From: Candidatus Latescibacterota bacterium
Lineage (GTDB): Bacteria > Latescibacterota > UBA2968 > UBA8231
Assembly: GCA_965242865.1 (NCBI GenBank)
Contig: CBDETK010000013.1
Span: forward strand, 3,488,001 to 3,552,000
DNA length: 64,000 nt
Direction of reading: 5' to 3'
The notes under the pieces are model-generated. The model searched no databases, was not told where the DNA came from, and saw only the letters and a list, made by a program, of their open reading frames with translations. Both the position numbers and the translations under genes were made by a program. Positions 40,174 through 50,926 of the stretch are shown here, in pieces. Position 1 is the first letter of the stretch; every line of letters starts with the position of its first letter.

Positions 40174-41130
40174 TCAGGCATGACGCTTGTGCAAGCGCAC
40201 ACCGGCCGGTAGGTCCGTGCTATCCCACCCACAGCTAACCTCGTAATCGGCAAAAGATTTGGGAAATTCCACGCTATCCTTCAACGTCACCTCAATGCCC
40301 TCGAAGAGCTTGTGAGCATGGGCGCAACCGAGGCGGGCTTCTCGCCTGTTCTGCGCGGCGTTGTTCTCGTGCTGGGTGCCGACATGCTCAAAGTCGTAGA
40401 TGCCGCGCACCGCCATTTCGCCGCGGGCGGCGGAGCGGTCATGCTCGAACATCTGGTTGAGTGCGTCAAAGAGAATGTCGAGATCGGCGTTGGTGAAACC
40501 CGTGCGCTCGGCAAAGGCCGGAGATACGTAAGCCTTGGCGGCATAGAGGGCGTAGGGCACAATGTGCTTGTTGCCCATGGTGCGTTCCTTCTCGGCGTCC
40601 TCTTCTTTGGTCACGGCCATGCGAGTAATGGAAATCTCCATCGGGGTGATAGGGTGGTACGACTGGCCGAAGGTAAATTGCACCGGGCCGCGCACTTGGC
40701 CCCAAGCAGAGCCTCTCATAATATCGTTACCGACAGCAAGCACACCACCAAAGGCACGGACATCAAAGAACTCGCGACACAGCCATTTCATGGCGGCTTC
40801 CTGTTGTTCGGATTTGGACGCACCCGAAGCCAAGCCCTCACCGCTTTTCTTAATGCCGTTGCTGATCTCATTGCTGAGCACGGCACCCTGCTTGATCAGC
40901 AGATTATAGCCGTTGGCCCCATTCTCCCCAATCCGCTCCGGGGAGAACATTTCGACGAAGTTCCGCACCTTGCGCTTAAGGCACACATCGGAGACGATGC
41001 CGCGGTTGGTATTGGGGTCAAGGCGCGGCATGTTGCCAGCATCGGGATCGCCGTTGGGATTGCCATTCGTGACATCGAAGATCAGCAACACATCGTGCCG
41101 ATTGGTGAGGATGTCGTTGAGTTTGTTCAT
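40174..41130 (-). CDS. cas7: Cas7c (Csd2)
   Basis: NGNPNGDPDAGNMPR, DVCLKRKVRN, DVRAFG, RGPVQ, TMGNKH, DRSAAR. Confidence 0.97.
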   Translation of the reverse strand: MNKLNDILTNRHDVLLIFDVTNGNPNGDPDAGNMPRLDPNTNRGIVSDVCLKRKVRNFVEMFSPERIGENGANGYNLLIKQGAVLSNEISNGIKKSGEGLASGASKSEQQEAAMKWLCREFFDVRAFGGVLAVGNDIMRGSAWGQVRGPVQFTFGQSYHPITPMEISITRMAVTKEEDAEKERTMGNKHIVPYALYAAKAYVSPAFAERTGFTNADLDILFDALNQMFEHDRSAARGEMAVRGIYDFEHVGTQHENNAAQNRREARLGCAHAHKLFEGIEVTLKDSVEFPKSFADYEVSCGWDSTDLPAGVRLHKRHA

Positions 41131-41151
41131 CGTTCAATCTCCTGTCAGGGG

Positions 41152-43020
41152 TTATTGGTTATCGGTTTCTTTGTTTTGCTTGGCCGCCTCGCGGGCGACG
41201 CGAGCTTCGGCTTTTTGCTGGTAAAAGCCGATGGCGAACCGCCCCTGCGCGTGCAGGTCCAGCGTGCGGGGAAATTGGTTGACCCGGGTCAACACATCTT
41301 GAATGGCTTCGTCGAGGAAACGCTCATGACCTTTATACTTGTCGGACTTGCCGATTTTGCTGAGGTGATGGCGGTTGAGTTTGAGAAGAACGGGAAACAC
41401 CGAGGCCGGCGAGGCCATGGCAGTGCCAAAGTACCGTTCGACAACGCCGGCACCTTCAAGCGAATAGTCATGCGCCTTGGCCTGAGTTTCGGCGAGGACA
41501 GCGAGCAATCGACCGCATTGATAGGCCGCATCGCCCGTATCGGCGGTTTGTCTTTCTGCAATCTCCATAATGTCGTCCTTTCTGTTTCGGTTTAGAATGA
41601 GTTTCGCCAAGGCGAAACGGGAATGGTTCGATAATGCCTTGCTCCCATCCTTGCTCCCATCGCACGCTATATCCACGCGCAGGCGGTTTAGTATGGGATG
41701 CAACAGAGTAAGTGAAGGGGCAGTCCCTTCCAGTGCGGCGCGAAATAATTGTGCGATCACTTCCGTTTTCAAATCCTTCGCATCGCGTACCGTAGCACAG
41801 GCCAGTCGGAATAGGCCCAACGGCGGCATCTTTTCCGTGCCAGATGGCGGACGCACAGGCTCCAAATCTAGATCGCTGAACCAGCGTCGCAAGCTTTCCG
41901 TAGCGATTTCCAAAGTAGTCTGCATCCAGTGGCGCACGACGATTCGCCCGCTGTTGCCCGCGAGAGTGACGGCATAGAACTGCTCCTGCCGCAACAACTC
42001 GCGCTCTTGTCCAGACCATGGGGATTTCAGAAAATCCGCCACGGCCTTGGGGTCAGCATCGTTAAGCAAAGCCCCCCAAGCACTCGTGGCGTTCGTTTTG
42101 TTGCGAGTCCAGAAGCAACAGATGGTCGGCCCAAGTCTGACTGAATGATCTCCTCTGAAAATCATGAACTTCAAGGCCTCCGTATAAGCCTTTGAAGCTT
42201 CCACGGAGCATGGCGCATTGCTACCTTGTTTCAAACCGAAAGAAGAAAAAGAGGGAGAAGACTTTTCGAATGAAACCAATCTTGAACCACTGGGTTGCCC
42301 TCCAGGTACGCGTTTGATTTCAGGATGCGAACGCTCGATCGGAACTTCATTATCTCCAGTTATCAAGCATAATCCCGTCTCAACTTGAAGCGACTCCTGT
42401 TCTTCCCGGAATACTTCTCTCCAATAAGGCTTAATACAGTCTTCTTCTTCCAAAACCAAATTACCTTCCACGTTAAACGAGAAATTGTCGGTGCCTAATT
42501 TGACTTTTTCCCCGCTAGATGTGGTAATCCACCACGCAGGTTTCTCATTTTTTTTTGGATTTTCACTCAAGTTCCATTCCAAAAAGGAAGGTATTTCGCC
42601 CCGCTCTAGCTGAAACTGTTTTATCGCCTTCAACAAGTGGTTCTGTGTAGCATGATGTGCGTCATTTATCTTTCTCCAAAAATCATCGAACTTGTCATTG
42701 TTATTTTTGTCCCGTTTTTCCTGTTGTGTAGGAGTCCGCTTCGTTCTCGATTCGGGATCACTTTCTAGTCTGAACAATGAGGTAATTCCATCTGCCAAAA
42801 AATCCCCGATTCCCCCTGCATTCTTATTTCCGACAGTTTTGGGGCACAGATAAATCTTTCCCTTGTTTTTGTTCTCTCCAACTGTTTCGATCGGCCCTTT
42901 GCCTACAAGTTTGCCATCAGAATCGATGGGGATAATCCAACGAACGGCCTTAGGTTCAAAGGCGGGATCATCGAGGAGTTTTCGAGAGTTCGCAAAGTCA
43001 TTCAAATGTTGCAGCAACAT
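41152..43020 (-). CDS. cas8c: Cas8c (Csd1)
   Basis: CLITG, LVSF, GNSGRIVVR, YQCGRLLAVL, FAIGFYQQ. Confidence 0.95.
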   Translation of the reverse strand: MLLQHLNDFANSRKLLDDPAFEPKAVRWIIPIDSDGKLVGKGPIETVGENKNKGKIYLCPKTVGNKNAGGIGDFLADGITSLFRLESDPESRTKRTPTQQEKRDKNNNDKFDDFWRKINDAHHATQNHLLKAIKQFQLERGEIPSFLEWNLSENPKKNEKPAWWITTSSGEKVKLGTDNFSFNVEGNLVLEEEDCIKPYWREVFREEQESLQVETGLCLITGDNEVPIERSHPEIKRVPGGQPSGSRLVSFEKSSPSFSSFGLKQGSNAPCSVEASKAYTEALKFMIFRGDHSVRLGPTICCFWTRNKTNATSAWGALLNDADPKAVADFLKSPWSGQERELLRQEQFYAVTLAGNSGRIVVRHWMQTTLEIATESLRRWFSDLDLEPVRPPSGTEKMPPLGLFRLACATVRDAKDLKTEVIAQLFRAALEGTAPSLTLLHPILNRLRVDIACDGSKDGSKALSNHSRFALAKLILNRNRKDDIMEIAERQTADTGDAAYQCGRLLAVLAETQAKAHDYSLEGAGVVERYFGTAMASPASVFPVLLKLNRHHLSKIGKSDKYKGHERFLDEAIQDVLTRVNQFPRTLDLHAQGRFAIGFYQQKAEARVAREAAKQNKETDNQ

Positions 43021-43022
43021 GA

Positions 43023-43826
43023 TCAGGCCCCTTTAGGTTCGAGGATTTCAACTTCATCGGGATGGCAAGCCAAGGTGGAATTCTCGATCTTGGCGCGGAA
43101 GAAACAGGCCCTCGGTTTCGCCAATTCGCCGACAAAACGCGGGGTATTCTTTTTTGGTTTGGGTCCTAGTTCGTCCGGGCGTTTCCAGCGAAAGCCCTCG
43201 GCTCGGGCGTTGGGTGAAAAAACATCGTAGAGCATCCAACCCAAGTCCTCCTCGGGCTGCCGCCAACTGGTACCAAGTTCGGCTGTTCGCTCTTCCATGG
43301 CAGTTTGGGGATCATCCACCCACTCGAAGTCCGCCGCAAATTCACGCATACCCAAGGCTGGCCGATGGAAGCACTTGCCCTGTTGGGCGCGGCGCTTGAA
43401 TTCAGCGAAATACTTCATCGGCGGGTCAGTCTTGCGATCCGCCAACGGCGTGGTACGCAACTCGGCACTGATGATGTACTCCACTTCCTGCAAAGCCAAC
43501 ATGTTGCGCTGGGTACCGTCGGGTGCGCCACCGCCTGCCTCAATAGGTTTGACCTTCTCCGGCTGAGCCATCCATTGACTGACGTTACGTAGGCTGATGA
43601 CCGACTGCACTTCATTGCGCCGAATGGAGGCCCAGCGGCCTCGCCGCACCACCCGGATGGCGGCGACGCGATAGCAGACTTGGGGCTCCCAAAAGACAGC
43701 TTCCAAGATGCCTCGGGCCGCAGAAGGCGTCATAATTGGATAACTGACGCGCTCCACTTTCATTTCAGGGCGGGTGAAACAGGCCCAGTCGCCCCAGACT
43801 CTCAGATGTACGTAGTTACCTTTCAT
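43023..43826 (-). CDS. cas5: Cas5d/Cas5c crRNA-processing endoribonuclease
   Basis: WGDWACFTRPEMKVERVSY..MTPSAARG, IRRNEV, LGMREF, DLGWMLYD. Confidence 0.97.
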   Translation of the reverse strand: MKGNYVHLRVWGDWACFTRPEMKVERVSYPIMTPSAARGILEAVFWEPQVCYRVAAIRVVRRGRWASIRRNEVQSVISLRNVSQWMAQPEKVKPIEAGGGAPDGTQRNMLALQEVEYIISAELRTTPLADRKTDPPMKYFAEFKRRAQQGKCFHRPALGMREFAADFEWVDDPQTAMEERTAELGTSWRQPEEDLGWMLYDVFSPNARAEGFRWKRPDELGPKPKKNTPRFVGELAKPRACFFRAKIENSTLACHPDEVEILEPKGA

Positions 43827-46075
43827 AGCAAAAAATCCTCGGTTGGGCGTGAACCAATAACCACGCCGAGATGTTCGTGATAAGCGGCCTCATCCAAAAC
43901 TCTGAGTTCCATGCCGGGGAGCAGTGGGCGGAGTAGCCCCATTGAATCCAACGCATGGAAATCGCGCAAATGCAGATTCACCATAAAGCGTTGGAGATCG
44001 CGCAAATCCTTGCGCGTGAAACGCGGACCACCCGTTTGAGCGCGTTCTCTGATGGCGTCCACTTCTTCCAAGGCTTGCTTCATTGGCGCGATGACAGCCT
44101 GCGTGTCATCGGTGATTACCTTGGCCTTGCGGGCCACTTCGCGGAAACGCAACGCCTCTCGATCTTCTTGAATGGGGCATTCCCGTTTGCGATCGTGATC
44201 CGTGGACACGCATTCAAAAAGCTCCGCAAAATAACGCCCGAACAACGCCGGCTCGCAAGACCAATCATCCGTAGCCAAATCATCCAACAACCGTGCCGCA
44301 ATGTCCGTGGCGACGCGATAGACGCCGCCGGGCAACTTGGCTTCTATTGGCCGGAACACCACCACGCGCCCTTTGTTCGGCAGGCGTCCTTCTCGATTGC
44401 ACCGTCCTGCCGCCTGCACAATCGAATCTAGCGGTCCCAAGGCTCGATAAACCAACGGAAAGTCAATATCCACCCCGGCCTCTACGACCTGCGTAGAAAC
44501 CAACCAGCAAAATCGACCTTCCCTTAAACGCCGACGAACCTTTTTCAACACTTGAGTTCGATGTTCTGCACACATAGCAGAAGAAAGATGGAATACACTT
44601 CTCAGCCTTGCTTCCAACCTATCTTTTGATAAGCCTTGCTCTTTCAAAGAATCTCTCAACATTTCCCACCATTCGGCGGCCTGCTTGCGCGTATTTACTA
44701 CCCCCAAGGCTTGGGGTTCGCTTGTCCATTCTGTGGCTAATCCAGACCAATCGCTCTCTGTCTTTCGCACCGAGTACGCTACCCGGCCCAACTTCTTAAA
44801 CAAGTCATCGGGTTGCGATACGAGTTCCTTTACTTCGCGCTCATCAAAACCATTCGACAACGATGTGCTACGCTTAAAGGCCGGTTGGGTCGCCGTAGAA
44901 AAAACAAAACTCACTCGGTAGTGTTTTTTGAGGTCGCGCAACACATGTAGGAGCGGATTGAGCAGATGTGCAGGTAGCGTTTGCACCTCATCCAGCAACA
45001 CCACAGAATTTGCGATGTTGTGTAGTTTCCGGCACTTAGAAGTGCGATTGGCAAAGAGGGACTCGATGAACTGCACCGAAGTGGTGACGATGATCGGCGC
45101 GTCCCAGTTCTCTGCCGCCAATTCCTCTGGGGACCGGCCTTGTTCGTCATTATCATCTTTTGGTGCGACGGCCGAATGGTGCTCAATCACGATGCCTTCG
45201 TCGTTGGGGTCGAGCACTTTGCGGTATTCGGCGGCGTTTTGCTCGATGATTGACAGATACGGTATCACCACGATCACCCGCTCCATGTCATGCCGTCGCG
45301 CATGTTCCAAGGCAAAGGCCATGCCCGAAAGCGTCTTGCCCCCGCCCGTCGGCACGGTTAAAAAAAAGAAGCCTGTCGGCTCCGCGGCCTTTGCCAAGCA
45401 GTCTTCAAACACGCGGTTACGCAACGCATTGAGTTCGCCCGAAGAATCAAACTCGCCCCGGTGCGCTTGCAGTCGCTCTAGTAACAACGCAGCGTCCAGC
45501 TTCAGCGAGCGTCGTTCTTGGCCACGGCTAAATTGTTCCGTATCCAGAAAATCCGCATCCACCAAACAGGAAAACAACATTCGCACGTAGAATTCTGCGA
45601 CAGCCTTGTCCTCTGCACACTTGGCAAATTCCGGTTCGGCTAACTCGTTGGGAATTTTCCCCAATTCATCTTCAAACCGTTTTACCAGAGGTACGAGCCG
45701 GTTCACAGCATCGTATTTCTCGCCGCCAACCAATGCCTGCAAATCACTCACGTCATGCAGCCCCGCATGGTGCCCAGCAATGGCAAAAGCTGGGCCGACC
45801 CACTCTCGTTGAAACGCTAAAGCGGCACCAAACACCGCATGATGCGTTTCAGCAGATCCTGGGCGTTTGCCTGCCAAGTATTCTTGGAATGGCTCCCGAT
45901 ATTTTCCTAAGTCGTGGAGTAGCCCAGCCCATTTCGCGGCGGGGCCGAGTGGTCCACCAAACTCCCGAGCCTTTTCCGCCACATTTCGCAAATGCTCGGA
46001 TAACGGTTGCCAGTGCGATTTATTCGGATCGCGTTCCCCAGCCTCCGTTTCAGCGGTGTGAGCGTAATAATTCAT
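43823..46075 (-). CDS. cas3: Cas3 HD nuclease-helicase
   Basis: HDLGK, HHAG, LVDAD, PTGGGKT, DEVQ, TATQP, QAAGRCNR. Confidence 0.98.
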   Translation of the reverse strand: MNYYAHTAETEAGERDPNKSHWQPLSEHLRNVAEKAREFGGPLGPAAKWAGLLHDLGKYREPFQEYLAGKRPGSAETHHAVFGAALAFQREWVGPAFAIAGHHAGLHDVSDLQALVGGEKYDAVNRLVPLVKRFEDELGKIPNELAEPEFAKCAEDKAVAEFYVRMLFSCLVDADFLDTEQFSRGQERRSLKLDAALLLERLQAHRGEFDSSGELNALRNRVFEDCLAKAAEPTGFFFLTVPTGGGKTLSGMAFALEHARRHDMERVIVVIPYLSIIEQNAAEYRKVLDPNDEGIVIEHHSAVAPKDDNDEQGRSPEELAAENWDAPIIVTTSVQFIESLFANRTSKCRKLHNIANSVVLLDEVQTLPAHLLNPLLHVLRDLKKHYRVSFVFSTATQPAFKRSTSLSNGFDEREVKELVSQPDDLFKKLGRVAYSVRKTESDWSGLATEWTSEPQALGVVNTRKQAAEWWEMLRDSLKEQGLSKDRLEARLRSVFHLSSAMCAEHRTQVLKKVRRRLREGRFCWLVSTQVVEAGVDIDFPLVYRALGPLDSIVQAAGRCNREGRLPNKGRVVVFRPIEAKLPGGVYRVATDIAARLLDDLATDDWSCEPALFGRYFAELFECVSTDHDRKRECPIQEDREALRFREVARKAKVITDDTQAVIAPMKQALEEVDAIRERAQTGGPRFTRKDLRDLQRFMVNLHLRDFHALDSMGLLRPLLPGMELRVLDEAAYHEHLGVVIGSRPTEDFLL

Positions 46076-46185
46076 TCAATTCTCTCCTGAAAATCTAACA
46101 TCTCCGCCCTAAAGTCGTGCTCCTCCTGCTTGGGGCTGGAGTGGTTTACTCAGCCAATGAACACTTCGTCCAGACACTTCCGCGC

Positions 46186-47982
46186 CTACCGCACCTCCTG
46201 CCGCACCGCAGTCATGGCCCCAAACGGATCCGGCCCCTGCAGCCGACGATGGGCCTCCTCGTCGCCCTTGAGATACCAGTCGAACCACGCCCGCGCATAC
46301 CAGTCGCGGATTACGTGGGGCAAATACACTTCGCCGGCATCGCCGACCGCGGCCCAGCCCAACTGAGTGTAGGGCTCCCCAGACGCACCCGGCGGCCCCA
46401 AGGCGCGCTCGCCCGTGGGCTTGCGAGTGCGCTCCGGGGTTTGGCCAAAGGGCCATTCGCCGCGCTGGAATTTCGGCCACGGGAAGAGCCGCGCAAAGTC
46501 CTCGGCCAAGGTGAAGTGGTCCGTGTCGCGCACAATCGCCAGTACGCGGTCTGAGGTGGTGCGCCGCCAAGCACTCAACGCCACGGGCTGGGGATTCTCT
46601 ATGCGTTCGGGCAGAGCGCGTTCTAAGTCCAAGGGGAATGCCTCGGCCGGATCGCCCCCGGCCCGCGCCACGGCCGCCTGAAACAGGCTGACGAACACGT
46701 TTTGCACAAAATCGTCCTCGTCGCCGATGAGCAGCAGCAGGGGCTTGTGGCTGCCCACCGGCAGGCCCTCCTCGGTTTGGCCCGCGCCGTACATTTCCTC
46801 GGGCGTCCACGCGAAGGGCGGAGCGTTGTTCAGGCCCATGGCCGCGCTAATACCGGGCAGGTGGTTGGCCGCCAACTGCGCCGTCATCGACCCGAGCGAA
46901 TGCCCGGCAAGACCGACGCGCTCGCCGTCAATGCGCCCGTTGAGCAGCCCGCACAGATCGCGAGCAGCACTGGTGGCCCCCATCGAGGCGAGCCCGGTGC
47001 GGCAGGTGGCTTCGCCCGCGCCGAGCAGGCGCACGGTATGTAGCACCAGCCCCACATCCGACACGCGCTGGCGGAACAGGTTGCGCATCATGGTGGTGGC
47101 GCGCTCCACGCCACCGGGGACCACTTTGGCCGTGGCCGGGTCGAAATGCGCTGGCGGCGCAAACCCCCGACCCTCCTGCCCGAAGAGCAAGCGGTAGAAA
47201 TAGGGAACGACCTTGTACTGGCCCAAGAGCAACTCGTAGGCCCGCTTGAGTTCCTCCGGCGACGCGCTCGCGGCAAAAGGCGAGTCCTCATCGTGAAACA
47301 CCAGCGGCAAGCCGCCGTCGGAAACAAAGGTGGGGGCCGCGACCACATACCCGTGCGAAGCGAGAAATTCGGCAAAGGAACTCCACATGCCGTGGTTGCC
47401 GGCCAGCCCGTGCGCGAGGAGAATCAGCGGGAACGGGCCGTCCGCGGCCCGAGCATCTTGCCACGCGCCCTGCGGCGCATTGAGAATCCGCTGGCCGATT
47501 TCGGCGAATGCCGCTTCCTGCGCCGCCGGATCAGCTTCGGCCAGAATGCCGCCGGGCAGGTGGATGAAATGGGGCAGGACCACCTGGGCTGCCGCGCCGA
47601 GCGTCCGCGCCATGTCGCCGGCTTGAAAGAAGAAATCGTAGTAGTTGGCCCGTCGGCCGCTCGTCGCAGCAAAGGGCGAGCGCGGCCCGGCGAGCCGCCC
47701 CGGCACTGGGTCCGGCACCGCTGGATACCACAACTGAAAGACCACCGTGCGGGTCTGTCCGGCGGCTTCTACCTCCCGCAGTAGAGCGCGGTATTCGGGA
47801 CCGGCATACGCGCTGTTCCAAGGGTCGAAACGCTGGCGATTGTCCACGGCAAAACCCGTGGCCACGCCCACGGCGTAGTCGCCGTAAACGGCACTTACCG
47901 GCAATTGGTCCATTTGCGCTCGGGCGCTCAAGGCCGACGCGAAAATCGCGACCAACGCGGCGGCTGTTGCTCTTCTGTCCAT
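46186..47982 (-). CDS. Secreted alpha/beta hydrolase (PAF-AH/chlorophyllase-like)
   Basis: Signal peptide, QLWYPA, PLILLAHG, LASHGYVV, GHSLG nucleophile elbow. Confidence 0.75.
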   Translation of the reverse strand: MDRRATAAALVAIFASALSARAQMDQLPVSAVYGDYAVGVATGFAVDNRQRFDPWNSAYAGPEYRALLREVEAAGQTRTVVFQLWYPAVPDPVPGRLAGPRSPFAATSGRRANYYDFFFQAGDMARTLGAAAQVVLPHFIHLPGGILAEADPAAQEAAFAEIGQRILNAPQGAWQDARAADGPFPLILLAHGLAGNHGMWSSFAEFLASHGYVVAAPTFVSDGGLPLVFHDEDSPFAASASPEELKRAYELLLGQYKVVPYFYRLLFGQEGRGFAPPAHFDPATAKVVPGGVERATTMMRNLFRQRVSDVGLVLHTVRLLGAGEATCRTGLASMGATSAARDLCGLLNGRIDGERVGLAGHSLGSMTAQLAANHLPGISAAMGLNNAPPFAWTPEEMYGAGQTEEGLPVGSHKPLLLLIGDEDDFVQNVFVSLFQAAVARAGGDPAEAFPLDLERALPERIENPQPVALSAWRRTTSDRVLAIVRDTDHFTLAEDFARLFPWPKFQRGEWPFGQTPERTRKPTGERALGPPGASGEPYTQLGWAAVGDAGEVYLPHVIRDWYARAWFDWYLKGDEEAHRRLQGPDPFGAMTAVRQEVR

Positions 47983-48184
47983 GACGTGGGCTCCTTTGGT
48001 GACGCGGGTGCGCTGATAAGTAGGTCTCTTTTGCTCATGGGCGATACGCCGTCAATTACCTCGATTATGGACATAGCTCAATCCGCCTTGACCGCCCAAT
48101 AGCAATAAACCATTCTTAAAATCCGTCTCAAGTCAACATAACCTTGGAGTGCGCTACCGAGGAGCAAAAAGTTAGGATAGGCTA

Positions 48185-50875
48185 ATGAACCCCGTTTTTT
48201 CCTTTAGCGAAGTAGCCCGGCTGCCCATGCCCGGCGACAATGTGGCGATTGCCACCCAGTGCTTAGCCGCGGGCACGCGAATCGACTGCGAAGGGCGGTC
48301 GTTCGCGTTGTCCCACACGGTGATGGAAGGCCATCGCTTTGCCGTGGAGCCAATTGAACCCGGCCAATTCCTGCTGTCGTGGCACCTGCCCTTTGGCGTG
48401 GCCGAGCGCGTCCTACAGCCGGGCGACTACGCCTGCAACCAGAGCATGCTCGACGCCTTGGGCATCCGGCAGTTGGACTTTGACCTGCCCGCGCAGGCCA
48501 ATTTCGTCGATCGCATTGAGCCGTATCAACTCGACCCGGCCGCGTTCCAGCCCGGGGTTGCGCTCGACCCGCACGCGGAGCGGCGAACCTTTTTAGGCTA
48601 CGGACGCGCCGGGGGACGCGGCGTGGGGACGCGCAATCACATCGTCGTCTTGGGCACTTCCTCGCGCACGGCCAGTTATGCCCGGGTGTTGGCCGAGCGT
48701 TGGGCCGGCCGGCCAGCCGGCGACGGCGTGGTGCCGATTGCCCACACCGAGGGCGGCGGCGGGTCTGCTCCCAACAACCGCGAACTCGTCTTGCGCACCC
48801 TAGCCGGCTTTGTCGTCCATCCCAATGTCGGCGCAGTGCTGGCGGTGGACTACGGCCGCGAAGCCGTGACCAACCATATCCTGCAAGAGTACATGGCCGC
48901 GCACGGCTACGTGCTCGACCACGTCCGGTGTCGCTTTATGACCTTGGACGGTTCCTTTGCGGCGCGGTTGGAAGAGGGCGACCGGCAAGTGGCGGCTTGG
49001 GCGCACACAATGGCGGGCGAGGAGCGGAGCGAGCACGACCTACGCCATCTCAAGATCGCCTTGCAGTGCGGCGGGTCGGACGCCTTTTCGGGCATTTCGG
49101 GCAATCCGCTGGCCGCGTGGGTGGCGCGCGAGTTGATCCGCTACGGCGGTGCCGCCAACCTCGCCGAGACCGACGAGCTGATCGGCGCCGAACCATACGT
49201 GCTGCAAAACGTCAAGGATGTGGAGACGGCGCGCACCTTTTTGCAGATGGTCGAGCGCTTCAAGGAGCGGGTGTCGTGGCACGGGGCCTCGGCCGAGGGC
49301 AATCCCTCGGGCGGCAACAAATTTCGCGGTCTCTACAATATCGCGCTCAAGTCCATTGGCGCGGCGCGCAAGCGCGATCCAGACGTGCGCTTGGACTACG
49401 CCATTGAGTACGGCGAGCCGCTTAGAGGAGCGGGTTTCCATTTTATGGACAGCCCGGGCAACGACCTAGAAAGCATCGCCGGGCAGGTGGCCAGCGGTTG
49501 CAACGCCATTTTCTTTGTCACGGGCAACGGCTCCATCACCAATTTCCCCTTTGTGCCTACGATCAAAATCGTCACGACCTCGGAGCGCTACGAGTTGCTG
49601 GCCGCCGATCTCGACATCAATGCCGGGGCCTACTTGGATGGCGCGTCCATGGACGAGTTGGGAGCGGCGTTGTTTGAGCGCACCTTGCAGGTGGCCTCGG
49701 GCGAGCGGTCGCTGGGCGAGCGGGCCGGTCACGCCCAAGTGTCCATCTGGCGCGACTGGCAACAGACCGATGCCAGTCGGCTGGCGGAACTGTTGGCCGC
49801 GCCCGCGCCCGCGGGCCGTCCCGTGCCGGTGCGGGACGAGGTCGGGCCAGCCGCGTCGTTCCCCATGCTGGACGGAGGGCGCGGGGCCGCGCTCGAGCAG
49901 GTGGGGCTAATTTTGCCGACCAGCCTGTGCGCGGGCCAGATCGCCCGGATAGGTGCCGAGCGGCTCAATGCCCGGCAAGTGGGTCGCGCCCAGGGCCTGT
50001 CGCGCTTTGTCGCCTTGGTCCACACCGAAGGCTGCGGGCTGTCGTCGAGCGGCGCCACCGAGCAAATGCACTTGCGCACCATGATGGGGTACGCCGCGCA
50101 TCCGTTGGCCCGGCGCGTTTTGTTGCTGGAGCACGGCTGCGAAAAGACCCACAACGACTACATGCGCAACGGCCTTGAGGAATGGGGCTTAGACCCGGCT
50201 GATTTTGGCTGGGCTTCGGTGCAGTTGGACGGCGGCATTGTCAAGGCGCTGGACAAGGTCGAGGCCTGGTTTCGCCAAACGCTGGCCGGGCTGGAAGCAC
50301 CTGTTGCCGTGGAGCGCGGCTTTGCGGCCCTGCGCTTGGGGCTGCAGGCGACGGGGGTGCTGGGGGCGGACGCGGCGCGGTCTTTTGCCCAGTTGACGCG
50401 CTGGGTGGTCACGGCCGGCGGCACGGTGGTCGTACCGCACAATGCAACCCTGCTGCGGGAATCGGCCTATCTCGAATCCGTGCTAATCCAGCCCTCGGAC
50501 GCTGCGACATTGCCGTATGGCGAGGCCGCCGCCGAGCCGGGTTTTTACATCATGGAGACGCCCACCGACCACTGGGTGGAGACGGCCACCGGCCTGGGTG
50601 CTACGGGCGTGGACCTAATTTTGGCTCACACCGGCGAGCATCCCTTACAAGGGCATCCCCTGCTGCCGGTGGTGCAGGTCAGCGCGAACCCGGCGGTCGC
50701 GGCGCGCTACGGCGACGATATTGATTGGGCGTTGACGGGGACAACAGACGATTGGGCCGCGCAGTTGGCCGCGTTGTTGGTTCGGGTGGCGCGCCGCGAC
50801 CACCTCCCCGGGGCCTTGCAGCAGCGCAACCTCGACTTCCAATTGACGCGCGGCTTGTTGGGGGTTTCGACCTGA
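48185..50875 (+). CDS. UxaA/GarD-family sugar-acid dehydratase with a duplicated C-terminal module
   Basis: SAF domain (DNVAIA..GHRFA), GTRN, HPNVG, QCGGSDAFSG..NP; second ALVHTEGCG/EHGCEK unit. Confidence 0.88.
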   Translation: MNPVFSFSEVARLPMPGDNVAIATQCLAAGTRIDCEGRSFALSHTVMEGHRFAVEPIEPGQFLLSWHLPFGVAERVLQPGDYACNQSMLDALGIRQLDFDLPAQANFVDRIEPYQLDPAAFQPGVALDPHAERRTFLGYGRAGGRGVGTRNHIVVLGTSSRTASYARVLAERWAGRPAGDGVVPIAHTEGGGGSAPNNRELVLRTLAGFVVHPNVGAVLAVDYGREAVTNHILQEYMAAHGYVLDHVRCRFMTLDGSFAARLEEGDRQVAAWAHTMAGEERSEHDLRHLKIALQCGGSDAFSGISGNPLAAWVARELIRYGGAANLAETDELIGAEPYVLQNVKDVETARTFLQMVERFKERVSWHGASAEGNPSGGNKFRGLYNIALKSIGAARKRDPDVRLDYAIEYGEPLRGAGFHFMDSPGNDLESIAGQVASGCNAIFFVTGNGSITNFPFVPTIKIVTTSERYELLAADLDINAGAYLDGASMDELGAALFERTLQVASGERSLGERAGHAQVSIWRDWQQTDASRLAELLAAPAPAGRPVPVRDEVGPAASFPMLDGGRGAALEQVGLILPTSLCAGQIARIGAERLNARQVGRAQGLSRFVALVHTEGCGLSSSGATEQMHLRTMMGYAAHPLARRVLLLEHGCEKTHNDYMRNGLEEWGLDPADFGWASVQLDGGIVKALDKVEAWFRQTLAGLEAPVAVERGFAALRLGLQATGVLGADAARSFAQLTRWVVTAGGTVVVPHNATLLRESAYLESVLIQPSDAATLPYGEAAAEPGFYIMETPTDHWVETATGLGATGVDLILAHTGEHPLQGHPLLPVVQVSANPAVAARYGDDIDWALTGTTDDWAAQLAALLVRVARRDHLPGALQQRNLDFQLTRGLLGVST

Positions 50876-50926
50876 GTGCGGAGAAGCGGGCCGAGGCCGA
50901 TCAGCCGCACCCCCTCGTGCGCTGGA

